A stretch of 64,000 bases of DNA from an uncultured Desulfosarcina sp. (lineage in GTDB: Bacteria > Desulfobacterota > Desulfobacteria > Desulfobacterales > Desulfosarcinaceae): NCBI GenBank assembly GCA_963674945.2, contig CAXXWQ010000004.1, forward strand, positions 2,400,001-2,464,000. The letters run 5' to 3'. Position 1 is the stretch's first letter. The number at the start of each line of letters is the position of its first letter. This document shows positions 19,642 through 29,905 of the stretch, in pieces. Both the position numbers and the translations under genes were made by a program. Below the pieces are notes generated by a model. It searched no databases. It saw only the letters and a list, made by a program, of their open reading frames with translations, and was not told the DNA's origin.

Positions 19642-20151
19642 TCAACTCTCCTTGGTCGTTAGGTCCTGATACTGGCTTTTTGTCAATGCCGGTGGGTGAC
19701 AAACACTGCAAATGCGTCGGTTTTGGCCAAAAGGACGCCACCACTGATCGCTACCACAAATACTGCAAGTGCCTGTGTCTTCATATTCGCTTGTCGGTTT
19801 ATTCAACTTCCTCCATCGGTTGTCAGGGCATTGGCCCGTTTTTTCGAAGAGGTCCAAAACCGGTTGGCCATTTAACCCACAGATGCCCCCATCGGCTTGG
19901 CGAAAATAGCTGCAAAGATAATCGATGCAAAAAGCTGTTTGCTGGACCGACACCCCACTCTTCTCAAGATGGTGTAACCCTGGTGAAACCTGGATTAGGT
20001 TACTTGTGGGAACGATTTTATTATTGTTATTACAGTTTGTTAGAGGCCTTGTGACCTCTGTAACCTGTGTAACCCCATCGCGACGTCTCATCTTATTCTG
20101 CTCCTTAAGGAGCAGTTCCAATATGGTCGTACAATCATCGTTAGTGTGCAT
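19642..20151 (-). CDS. Hypothetical protein with a C-terminal Zn ribbon; N-terminus overlaps iterons
   Basis: CSICGSDQWW...RICSVCHPP; SD GGAG. Confidence 0.55.
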   Translation of the reverse strand: MHTNDDCTTILELLLKEQNKMRRRDGVTQVTEVTRPLTNCNNNNKIVPTSNLIQVSPGLHHLEKSGVSVQQTAFCIDYLCSYFRQADGGICGLNGQPVLDLFEKTGQCPDNRWRKLNKPTSEYEDTGTCSICGSDQWWRPFGQNRRICSVCHPPALTKSQYQDLTTKES

Positions 20152-20212
20152 ATTCGCTCCATCATCAGTTTGAGGTTACGCAGGTTACACATAAATAAAA
20201 TATATTATAATG

Positions 20213-22670
20213 TCAGAACACTGCATCTCCGGGAAAACTATGTGACACCTCCGGCATGATTTGAGGTGCTGCAGCCATTTAGTTCGAATATCATTTGCAG
20301 CTCGGTACCGGGGTATTTTACCTGCGCACTGTTCAGATGCGCAAACAGTTGGCAAAGAGCCCGATTGGCCGCTGGGAACGAAGCGCCGTGCAATCGTATA
20401 TTCAATTGCTGATTTTCAATATCGGGCAGTACATCGCCTTCGGTCTGGAACAGTGTCTGGAGAAGACTCCGTGCATCCGACGAGTTTACCGTCGGACCCG
20501 TGAGCAACCCAACCATTGCCGTCTCTGCACGATATGCAATCATACGAACCGTGTCCATCAGGCGTTTTCTGCCCGGTTGTAAACGTAAAAATTTATCTTT
20601 TGCTTCAAGTTCTCCCCACGTGATGTGTTTACTTGTCTGTTTTCGTTTTTCTTTCAACTCGCTGAGTTGATACTCCATCTTTTCGATTTCTTCTAACAGC
20701 TCGGCCTTTTTCTCTATCCACTTCTTAAACTTTACCGGTTTGTCTTCATTTTCAGGGTGAATGGTCATCTCGGCAAAACAGGCACGACGATATCGTAGCT
20801 TGTTCTGCAACGAATTACGGGATTGATTCAATTGCCGCCAAACGGGGTTGATTACCCGTTCGGTATCAGGAAATTCAACGACACCATAATCTAAAAGCAC
20901 ATCGATATCAAAATGTTGCATCATATAGTTGAAAAAGTTTTCCTGACACCACCGGCTGAACATGCGTGCTGCCAATTGAGTATGCGGCAAATCGAAAGCG
21001 GTGCTGATTACGCTGGTCTGGTGTCCGGAATCGGTCAGTTTTCGCACTTGTCGCATCCATGTTGCACCCTTACCAGATCCCACCAAACTACCCATTTCGC
21101 AAAGCCGCATCTTCACCACCTCTTTGTTTGGCATCGCAACTTCATACTCGGTGAACCAATGCTCCGGCCATGATTCACCAGGATGCTTATGATACGTCAT
21201 GCAGCCGATTCGATGGCGATCCCACATTTCCTTGAAGAATGCGGGACTATATCCTTCCCTGTCGAAAACAAGAACGAACCGGCATAAACATGGGTTCTCT
21301 TGTAGTTGCTGCAAACCGGGTTGATTCGGAACGTCTTGCAACAACCGGGGAACGATATCGTCTCTTAAAACCGCCAATAATCCAGGATCGATCTGCTTTT
21401 CGACGACAAAAAAAGGTCGGCCAATCGCATCGTTAACCCAATAGTCGGTAATGCCCCTCATGCACAATCGTTCCCGGGACACGTAGCGGCGCGGTAGTCG
21501 GGTCAATTTTCCATGATAAACACGTACATGCCCGTCAACATAAAGCGCGCCAACCGATTCGGGCGCCTGTTCCATCCAGTATTTACCGAGGTATGCGGCC
21601 CACTTTTCCGCGCCGTGGTCTGCGCTCAACGCATCCATCTTGTAACGCAAACAGCGAACCTCCGGTGCACGATCCAAGCCCAATAACTTACCAAATTCTC
21701 CCGGAGCATGGCCTCGTATTTTTTCTGTCGTCTTGATCCTGCATAAGGCCATAAACGAAAGCAGCAACAAGACATGAAAGATCGTGTAATAGCCTTTGAC
21801 TTGGCCGAGGAACTGTTTTGCGCCGGTAAACAACCCGTTTGCCACCAATGACGGTATCGCACAAAGAACGCCTGCTTTGGGAACGTCCAGGCATCTGTCA
21901 AAACGAACCGGCGCACCAACCATTTTGCCCAATGATGCCAATATGCGTTCCCCGACTCGGTTGCAAGCCGTCCCCATACCATCGGCAGCAGCCATGTCGA
22001 CCATGTCCCGATCTGATTTGGTTAGACACGGTTCACCAATCCTTGATTCGATTAACCGACCATCATCTATAGCTTTGCGAAACGTATCGTATTTAATGCC
22101 AAGTTCCAGGGCGGCATCTTTTTTCGAGCACCCTTGATCCAGTAAACGTTGGGCTTGTTCAAGCACCTCAGGTTTGAAAACCTTGCCGCCGCGTCGTCCC
22201 CGCCGCTGAACGAAAAATGCCTCGGCGCCGCCGGACCTGAGTTTGTTCACGAATCGGATGACATTGCTCTTGGATACGCCGAATGTGTTTTGGATATCGA
22301 TCTGGCGGCAAGCTCCGGATTCAACCAGTTGGGCTGTTATCATCCGAAACATTCGTTGATCGCCTTGTCTGTGAGAATAAATCGGAACGGTCGATAGAAA
22401 ATAGGTCCAGGTCGTATCGTCACGAAATACACTGACAAGCCCGTTGATTTGTCTTGCACCGCGAGGAATAAGTGGTAGTATCTGTTGAGGCATGGCATCC
22501 TTTTCCTTTCATTTATCCGCCAAGATAATAAGGTTAAAGGTGCCATGTTCATTTTCCGGTTGCAATACCTTACCGGCCTGCTGGATTCAGACTCCTATCT
22601 TTCTGTTTTTCAACCACTTACATTATGTTTTGCTTGCCATATGCAACAATTAGGAAATCAAGTTTCCTGA
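20213..22670 (-). mobile_element. Unclassified (ISNCY-like) IS inserted in the origin
   Basis: IRs TCAGAACACTGCATCTCC / TCAGGAAACTTGATTTCC (13/18); flanking ATG (possibly AATG) direct repeat. Confidence 0.75.
20238..22493 (-). CDS. Large DDE transposase with N-terminal HTHs
   Basis: YVDGH, VFDREG and RWCQENFF candidate D-D-E residues. Confidence 0.85.
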   Translation of the reverse strand: MPQQILPLIPRGARQINGLVSVFRDDTTWTYFLSTVPIYSHRQGDQRMFRMITAQLVESGACRQIDIQNTFGVSKSNVIRFVNKLRSGGAEAFFVQRRGRRGGKVFKPEVLEQAQRLLDQGCSKKDAALELGIKYDTFRKAIDDGRLIESRIGEPCLTKSDRDMVDMAAADGMGTACNRVGERILASLGKMVGAPVRFDRCLDVPKAGVLCAIPSLVANGLFTGAKQFLGQVKGYYTIFHVLLLLSFMALCRIKTTEKIRGHAPGEFGKLLGLDRAPEVRCLRYKMDALSADHGAEKWAAYLGKYWMEQAPESVGALYVDGHVRVYHGKLTRLPRRYVSRERLCMRGITDYWVNDAIGRPFFVVEKQIDPGLLAVLRDDIVPRLLQDVPNQPGLQQLQENPCLCRFVLVFDREGYSPAFFKEMWDRHRIGCMTYHKHPGESWPEHWFTEYEVAMPNKEVVKMRLCEMGSLVGSGKGATWMRQVRKLTDSGHQTSVISTAFDLPHTQLAARMFSRWCQENFFNYMMQHFDIDVLLDYGVVEFPDTERVINPVWRQLNQSRNSLQNKLRYRRACFAEMTIHPENEDKPVKFKKWIEKKAELLEEIEKMEYQLSELKEKRKQTSKHITWGELEAKDKFLRLQPGRKRLMDTVRMIAYRAETAMVGLLTGPTVNSSDARSLLQTLFQTEGDVLPDIENQQLNIRLHGASFPAANRALCQLFAHLNSAQVKYPGTELQMIFELNGCSTSNHAGGVT

Positions 22671-22725
22671 ATGTATTAATTTTATTATATTTTAATGTGT
22701 AACCTGAAACGTAACCACATGTTAC

Positions 22726-25253
22726 CTATGAAACCCCGTCCTGAGCTAAAGGCATCTTAGAAATATCGAATCCCCAAGCCTTTTGGACCTTATGGTTGAT
22801 TCGATGGGTCTTATTGCTGAACAGAAATGCCGGATGATCCTTCAGGGCTTCCATGAGCTCAGTTGATCTCCAGCCGAGTGGAAAGTTCTGATCCTTTAAA
22901 GTCTTCTCTGCACTGGGCTTATGAATCCAGATGATCCCGTCTTTAATATCGAGGAACGTTGACATCGCATCTTGTTTTAGCCCCGTAATCATGTCGAAGA
23001 ACTCGTCAGCGACCGTCTCTTCGTACTCCAAGCACGTTCGCTGTTTAGCCTGCGCAAGAGTTTTTAAATAGGGCAGCATGTCGTAGTCGATTCGCAACAA
23101 TTCGGCCAGGAGTCTGTAAAATCCGAGAACCAATCCGTGAGTCTCCTTTATTCGTGAAGTCAGATCAAGTCCATCCAGGTCATTTTTCGCCTCCTCAAAA
23201 TGTTGGTACCACTGCTTTTCTAAGAACAGTCGGTGCTGCATGACTTGAGGATAGAACCCAGCTTTTACAGAATTCGGAACCCGGTCCAATTCGTTGAAGG
23301 CTCGCAGAGTAGTCTCGTTGAGCTCTTCCGCTAAAAATGGAACTGAGATTACTCGTTCCTTCAGGGGGGGGTATTAAAGGGTTCATTGTTTTGAACAAAC
23401 ATCAGGGCTCCGTAAAAAGGCGTCTCATGAGTTCGATTGTCATTGGTCATTAGAGCGCGGAGCTGAAGCCCATTCTTGTTGTAGATTGGCAACATGAAAC
23501 CCAGGCTCAAACGGGTCTGGCGCCAATCCTTCGGCCACTCGAGTAGCGCAGTGAAAAGGCCCGACCGTTGGGACATTTTGCGGATTTCTCCTTTGGCGGT
23601 GTTGGTCTTGCTCATAGGGATACCTTCCTCATCTAGGCATTGAAAGAGGTTCATAATTCTGGTCAGGTTGGATTTACCCGTCTGGGAGTTCTTATAAAGA
23701 GACAGAAACGGGAAAAATCCGACTTGGTCCTTAATCTGGTTGACAAACCAGCTGGCTACGACCCAAGCTAACGTTACCAATGCCTTATACCCCCAAGCCC
23801 TATAAAGCTGATCGATAAGAAAGTGAACGTCAGTCCCTTCAGAAGGCTTCAGCGTGTTATGGTATGGTGGGCGGATATATTTTCCGGAATTGACTTTGAA
23901 AAAACCGTTTTTATCAGGCATCACCATTCGACCTTCACGGTCGATCATATGATCCCGATAGATGTAGCAATCGGATTCTCGATCATAACCGAAAATATGC
24001 AACTGTCTGACGACAGGTGCTTTGGAATTGAGAATCAGTTTAACCAATTCGTTCGAAGGCGCTTTCTCGCCAGTCCATGATACCCGCCCCCTTTGCAGAA
24101 ACATGGTCCGTAGCCCTTGAGGGGATGAAAGTTCTTTGGCTATGACAGTAAAAGTGGCTTTATGACCACTTTTAGCCTTAACCTCCAGGTGGTAGCGATA
24201 AACAGGTTCATCAGGATTTGACTGGTCCAATTCGTAATATACTGTCCGGAGCGTAAAATCCGAGACCTGCTGACATACGACGTCTTTAAGGTCATTACCT
24301 TTGAGAGTCGAAAAATAGTATGCTCCATTGAAATCGAACAGTCCTGTCAGATTCCGATGGCCATACCAAATTCTGGCATACTCTTGTGCGCTACTCGCAC
24401 AAGCCAGATGGGCTTCGGTAGCATATTCGACCCGATCTTTTTCGAATGTTAAAGGCTCCAATTTCCCATTCAAAAGCAGATCATTCCAATCTCCATGTAT
24501 CGGTAGAATGGTCTTAATATAATCGTGCTGTTGCCCTTTTAGATATGACTTGAACCGTTTGAGGGCTTTGTGACCAGCAGGATCGTTGTCAAACGCGAGA
24601 ACAATCTTCTTGTACGAACTTAGATCGACTTTTTCAGGATCCTGGTTTGAACTAAGGATGGCAACTGCTTGGTGTCCAGCTTCGATCAAGGACAAGGCAT
24701 TGATGATCCCTTCTGTGACAAATGTCTCTTTGGTCGGATCATCGTCAAACCCTGGGTGGCGCCAGACGCACCCGGAGGTGCTACCCTTATTGTGTGTCTT
24801 GCCCTCTCCATCAGGAGGATCAAAAAGGCGTCCATTGTAGACCGTTTCTCCTGATGGCGATTTAATTGGAAACATGACTGCACCCGAGCCCGTTTTTCTG
24901 ACATCAGACCAATACTTGTAATCGAGTCCTTCCAGAGATTTATTTAAACCCCTGCTTTGAAGGTAGGTGGTCCCCGGCCGATTCTTGTCTTCAGCAGTCG
25001 CGGGAAAATCTTCTTCGAAATTGATTCGTGCACCTGGAAGAATATCTGCGACGTCCACAACGGCGCCACAGTTATTTCTACGGTTGCAATAAAGTTTGTC
25101 TGGCCTTTCCGAATAGGCATAGGCCTCAGGCTCGCCGCATTCCGGGCAGTTTAGCCCCGTGATATACTTGTCGCTACGCTTGGTGTGATCCCCCCAATAT
25201 GCGCTGCTTTGCAGCTCTGCGAGGATTTTCTCGGCTATTGCATTTTGCGTCAT
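22726..25253 (-). CDS. Zn-finger/TOPRIM primase fused to a helicase-like domain; frameshifted at a C8 run (G8 at 23364-23371)
   Basis: CPECG...CNRRNNC, VTEGIINALSL, AFDNDPAG, DWND, P-loop-like KNSQTGKS. One extra C joins it to KERVISVPF...DRVPNSV (ORF 22726-23289). Confidence 0.85.
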
Positions 25254-25258
25254 TGTGG

Positions 25259-25495
25259 TCAGCTCTCAATGCCTTGCCGTTCCTGGTAACGGTCTGCGAC
25301 CGAAGCATGACCTGGAGCAGGGTTTATCGTGGCAATGATACTTCCACGATTGGTCACCCAGACGCTTTGTTGGGTCCGGTGGACAAAATTAAGGATTCTG
25401 GATACGGCCCAAGCGAGTTCGGTGACAGACACGATCCGATGATTTTCTTGTGCTTGGGTGGGTTGGGATTTCTCAAAAGGTTTTGGTGCTTTCAT
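25259..25495 (-). CDS. Orphan Phd/YefM-fold small DNA-binding protein
   Basis: IVSVTEL...SRIL..V......V.VTNRG..IA.I.P; SD AAGGAG; 5 nt before the primase ATG. Confidence 0.65.
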   Translation of the reverse strand: MKAPKPFEKSQPTQAQENHRIVSVTELAWAVSRILNFVHRTQQSVWVTNRGSIIATINPAPGHASVADRYQERQGIES

Positions 25496-25744
25496 AAGAC
25501 TTTTCTCCTTATACAAGAAGTAGTGATGAGGACATTCGGCCCAGTGCTGAATGTCTATGTAAGTATCTAATAAATAATGGGTGTTTGCCGGAGCAAAGTT
25601 AAGTGTTAAGTGACTGTTTTATCAATATAATCAAAAATAAATTAATTGATAAATTTCACTTCAAAAAAGGTAGGTAGATAGCCAAAATTTACTAGTGAAA
25701 GCAGTTTTAATTGACTATCCTATAAGGAGAAAGGAACCTGCCCA

Positions 25745-28700
25745 ATGCAACAAGTTAATTTCAACCATCTTCATGTCCATACGGAGTACAGCCTTTTGGA
25801 CGGCGCTATTCGCGTGAACGATCTGATCAGCAAAACAAGAGAACTTGGAATGACGGCCGTGGCGATCACCGATCACGGTACTATGTTCGGAGTGATGGAC
25901 TTCTACCGGCAGGCGGACCATGCTGGTATTAAGCCCATCATTGGTTGTGAGTTTTATGTAGCCCCACGAACGATGGCAGACAAGACACCAGAAGATCGGA
26001 TGGGGACCAACCACCTCGTTCTGTTGGCCGAGAATCAAGCGGGCTACCGCAATCTATGCAAACTGGCAACGATTGCACAGCAGGAAGGTCACTACTACAA
26101 ACCTCGCATCGACAGGAACGTCCTGGTTGAATGTGCCGAAGGCATCATCGCACTCTCGGCCTGCCTCAAAGGGGACATTCCGCAGCACATCCTGGCTGGA
26201 CAGATAGACAAAGCCGAGGAGTCAGCCCAGTATTACCGGAGAACGTTCGGAGAGGATAGCTTTTTTCTGGAACTTCAGCATAACGGCATCCCCGCTCAGG
26301 AAGCTGTCAACCGAGGACTGGCAGAGCTGTATCAACGCCTTTCCATCCCGCTTGTAGCAACCAACGATTGCCACTATCTTACCCGGCAGGACGCCAAGGC
26401 TCACGAAGTTTTTCTGTGCATCCAGACGAAGAAAACCATTAACGATTCGAACCGCCTATCCTTCAACACAGATCAGCTCTATATTAAGTCCCCTGCGGAA
26501 ATGGAGGAGTGCTTGGGTAGCTATCCTGGTGCTATTGAGAACTCGGCAGTCATCGCTGAACGATGCAATGTCGAGTTCGATTTAAAATCCTATCATTTTC
26601 CCAAATACTCTATCCAGTCACAGAAAGCCGAAGAACAATTGTTCGACGATGAGGTGCACCAAGGGTTTGAGCGACGCATGGCCGTCATACGTGAGACTTG
26701 TCCTGAACTTGATGAAAAAATCTATCGTGATCGACTGGAATACGAGATAAAGACCATCAAAGAAATTGGCTTTCCAGGTTATTTTCTCATCGTTGCCGAC
26801 TTTATCCGCCATGCTAAGGAAAACGGTATCCCGGTGGGGCCGGGCCGCGGGTCGTCTGCAGGTAGTTTGGTCGCTTTCGCCCTGTTCATCACCGATATCG
26901 ATCCTATCGAGCATGGGTTGATCTTCGAACGTTTCCTCAACCCATCTCGAATCAGTATGCCCGATATCGACGTGGATTTCTGTATTAATGGTCGTGAACG
27001 CGTATACGACTATGTCGTGGAACGCTACGGTGGCAGAGATTTTGTGGCGCAGATTGTCACTTTTGGTAAGATGAAGGCGAAACAGGTGATTCGAGACGTG
27101 GGCAGGGCATTGGATATTCCACTATCAGAGGTAAACAGCATTGCCAAATTGATTCCTGACGACACCAAGATGACCATAGATAAGGCGTTGAGTATGGAAC
27201 CAAGATTGGTCAAGCTGGCCGCGACGGATCCACGCATCGCCGAGTTGTTCGAGATTAGTCGGGGTCTGGAAGGCTTGTCCCGCCATTCATCAACACATGC
27301 GGCTGGCGTTGTGATCGGTGACAAGCCCTTGATCGATTACATGCCGTTATATAAAGGTAAGGAAAACTCAGTCGTCACGCAATTCGATATGCACAACGTC
27401 GAGAAACTCGGTTTGGTCAAGTTCGATTTTCTTGGGCTGCGAAACCTCACCGTAATCGCTCAAACTCTGAAACTCATCAAGGAACAAGAGAAGGATGTGC
27501 CTGATCTTGGGAATCTGCCGAAGAATGATCCAGACACATTCGACCTGTTGCAATCCGGGGAAACCACCGGTGTGTTCCAACTTGAAAGCCCGGGTATGAA
27601 AGATCTGCTGGCCCGGTTGTATCCCGAAAATTTCTCGGATTTGACCGCATTGGTGGCATTGTACCGTCCAGGTCCTTTGAATAGCGGCATGGTTGACGAC
27701 TTTGTCGAGTGCAAGCATGGCCGCCGAAACATCGAGTACCTATTCCCAGAGTTGGAACCGATCCTCAAGGAAACATACGGAGTTATAGTCTATCAGGAAC
27801 AGGTCATGCAAATTGCCTGTAAATTGGCCGGCTATTCTATGGCCGACGCCGATAGCCTGCGCAAAGCCATCGGAAAAAAGATAGACTCGTTGATGGCCGA
27901 ACATCGTGAAAGTTTTATAAGTGGGTGTATCGCGAACCATTTGGACGAAGAAAAGGTCACACACCTGTTCGATCTGATAGAGAAATTCGGTGGATACGGA
28001 TTCAACAAGTCCCACAGCGCCGCTTATGCGCTGCTCTCTTATCAGACGGCGTATTTGAAAGCCCATTACCCTGTCGAATTTATGGCGGCGTGGTTGTCCA
28101 TCGCTAAGGGTGATTCGGATGAAACTGCGAAATTCATAGATCAGTGTAAGGAAAGAGATATAGCTGTTCTCCCACCAGACATCAACGTCAGCGATAAAGC
28201 TTTCAGTATCGAACAAGGCGCTATCCGATATGGATTGCAGGCGATTAAAAACCTCGGCTCTAAAGCGATCGATACTATTTTAGAAGCTCGGGGTTACAGT
28301 CCTTTTACGGGCCTGATGGATTTTCAAACCCGTGTGCCCAAAAGGAAAGCCAATAAACGTGTCGTTGAAACGCTGATCAAGGCGGGCGCTTTCGAATCAA
28401 CCGGATGGTCCAAGGATCAGTTGCTCGTCCAGTTGGATCCAAAACTCAAGCCCGTTAGTTTGGAAACGAAGTATCAAACCCCGTCAGCAAGCCGTTTACT
28501 CGACCTCGGCCATTTGAATTACGAACAGGAAGCGCTCGGGTTATATTTGACTGGTCATCCTGTTCAGCTTCACCAGGATCTCATTAGTGGTCTTGAATGC
28601 GTGGATAGCAAAAGGTTCCCCGAATTGGCTAATAAACAGGCGGTATGCGTGGCCGGTACTATTGATCAGATAACACGAACTACCACTAAGCACGGAAAAG

Positions 28701-29131
28701 CCATGTGCTTCGTATCTATATCCGATGCAAATGGATGTGTCGATGGGGTAATTTTCCCGAAGCCATACCATCTCGCGAAATTCAAGCTGAATGAGAAAGG
28801 AATCTTATTCTTTTACGGAGAATGCGAGCACCGCGACAAAAAACGTCAACTGGTGATCAGAAGACTAGAGACTGCTGAGGAGGCGGAGGCTTGCAGCGCA
28901 GTGGGGCTACATTTAATCTTGGATACACACCGGTTTACAGCCACAGCTGCAGATCGTTTAATCGACCACCTCTCCAAGCATAGTGGTACGAAACGGGTCT
29001 TCTTACATGACATGCAAGGCGGCCATGTCGTGCAGATCAAGGAGGATTTGAGAGTTAAAGTGAATAACACGCTCAAATCCTGGTTGGTCGAGCTTCCGGG
29101 TGTTGTTGGTGTTGAAGTTACTTTGGGCTGA
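25745..29131 (+). CDS. dnaE: DNA polymerase III alpha subunit (accessory copy)
   Basis: PHP HLHVHTEYSLLDG, GRGS.AGS, PDIDVDF, KFDFLGL, YGFNKSH, OB fold. Confidence 0.95.
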   Translation: MQQVNFNHLHVHTEYSLLDGAIRVNDLISKTRELGMTAVAITDHGTMFGVMDFYRQADHAGIKPIIGCEFYVAPRTMADKTPEDRMGTNHLVLLAENQAGYRNLCKLATIAQQEGHYYKPRIDRNVLVECAEGIIALSACLKGDIPQHILAGQIDKAEESAQYYRRTFGEDSFFLELQHNGIPAQEAVNRGLAELYQRLSIPLVATNDCHYLTRQDAKAHEVFLCIQTKKTINDSNRLSFNTDQLYIKSPAEMEECLGSYPGAIENSAVIAERCNVEFDLKSYHFPKYSIQSQKAEEQLFDDEVHQGFERRMAVIRETCPELDEKIYRDRLEYEIKTIKEIGFPGYFLIVADFIRHAKENGIPVGPGRGSSAGSLVAFALFITDIDPIEHGLIFERFLNPSRISMPDIDVDFCINGRERVYDYVVERYGGRDFVAQIVTFGKMKAKQVIRDVGRALDIPLSEVNSIAKLIPDDTKMTIDKALSMEPRLVKLAATDPRIAELFEISRGLEGLSRHSSTHAAGVVIGDKPLIDYMPLYKGKENSVVTQFDMHNVEKLGLVKFDFLGLRNLTVIAQTLKLIKEQEKDVPDLGNLPKNDPDTFDLLQSGETTGVFQLESPGMKDLLARLYPENFSDLTALVALYRPGPLNSGMVDDFVECKHGRRNIEYLFPELEPILKETYGVIVYQEQVMQIACKLAGYSMADADSLRKAIGKKIDSLMAEHRESFISGCIANHLDEEKVTHLFDLIEKFGGYGFNKSHSAAYALLSYQTAYLKAHYPVEFMAAWLSIAKGDSDETAKFIDQCKERDIAVLPPDINVSDKAFSIEQGAIRYGLQAIKNLGSKAIDTILEARGYSPFTGLMDFQTRVPKRKANKRVVETLIKAGAFESTGWSKDQLLVQLDPKLKPVSLETKYQTPSASRLLDLGHLNYEQEALGLYLTGHPVQLHQDLISGLECVDSKRFPELANKQAVCVAGTIDQITRTTTKHGKAMCFVSISDANGCVDGVIFPKPYHLAKFKLNEKGILFFYGECEHRDKKRQLVIRRLETAEEAEACSAVGLHLILDTHRFTATAADRLIDHLSKHSGTKRVFLHDMQGGHVVQIKEDLRVKVNNTLKSWLVELPGVVGVEVTLG

Positions 29132-29170
29132 TCGTGTAACTGTGATTTGGAAGGAAATCGGAGGAATAAT

Positions 29171-29905
29171 ATGTATCTTAAGGATTTGCGGTCGATTTTC
29201 AGAGGTAAGAAGTATTCACGCGAGGTGAAAACCAGCTGTGAGGATTTAACTGACAGTGTGGCGCACGCTCGAATGCAACACCAGGAACTTCAAGCCTCAT
29301 ACAATATGATGGCTCAGATGGTGCACGCTGTCGGAGGCTTTCTATGGAAAAAAGACTGCCATGGGCGCTATCAATTTGCCAACAGGAGTTATTTTAGACG
29401 TGTATTGAAACCTGATATCGTTGACAAGCTTCGTTCTTCCAATACTAATATCACAGAGAGTGTGTCAGGAAAAAACGATGAGGAGTTGTTCGGTTCCTAT
29501 GCGGAGCGGTCAGGCAACCCCCACTCCTTTGCCCCGACGATGAAAGCCGCCGACGCTTACGTCATTGAGACTGGTCAGAGCTGCAGGTTTCTCGAATTAG
29601 GTCGGATCGGCAATAATCCAATGATGCTCAAATCTACTCGGACACCAACTTTTAACCCAAGTGGTAACCTCGGAGGCATTGTGGGCTTTGCCATGGATGA
29701 GGGTGAATGGTGGGCCTATTTCCGCCAAGGACTCGATTGGTATCTTGCGGATTCGAATACCAGGCAGATAGGACCCGGCCTATACTTGTTGCGTCAGGAG
29801 CCAGAATCTCCGAGTGAAGTATCGGAGACGCTTAAAGGTGTATTTAGGGCGGACCAGAGATGTGTATTGCCTCCTGACGCGAGCACTTGGCATGCTACAC
29901 AATGA
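29171..29905 (+). CDS. Stand-alone PAS-fold-like hypothetical protein
   Basis: LWKKDCHGRYQFAN...GKNDEELF...ADAYVIETG...RTPTFN..G...GIVGFA. Confidence 0.65.
   Translation: MYLKDLRSIFRGKKYSREVKTSCEDLTDSVAHARMQHQELQASYNMMAQMVHAVGGFLWKKDCHGRYQFANRSYFRRVLKPDIVDKLRSSNTNITESVSGKNDEELFGSYAERSGNPHSFAPTMKAADAYVIETGQSCRFLELGRIGNNPMMLKSTRTPTFNPSGNLGGIVGFAMDEGEWWAYFRQGLDWYLADSNTRQIGPGLYLLRQEPESPSEVSETLKGVFRADQRCVLPPDASTWHATQ

Larger units (their letters stand above)
19971..22726. repeat. GTTAC/GTAAC iteron origin region (P4/satellite-like), split by an IS
   Basis: AGGTTACGCAGGTTACACAT (~20173-20192) and ATGTGTAACCTGAAACGTAACC (~22695-22716) are inverted and flank an AT-rich core once the IS is removed; further copies at 19971-20075. 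Confidence 0.7.

Noticed and set aside
19971..20200. CRISPR-like repeats
   Set aside because: Repeats are 5-12 bp, irregularly spaced and in both orientations, so iterons; no cas genes.
25745..29131. Error-prone DnaE2/ImuC cassette
   Set aside because: No imuA/imuB; the intact PHP motif and C-terminal domains look DnaE1-like.
18606..29131. Complete prophage
   Set aside because: No capsid, portal, large terminase, tail or lysis genes.
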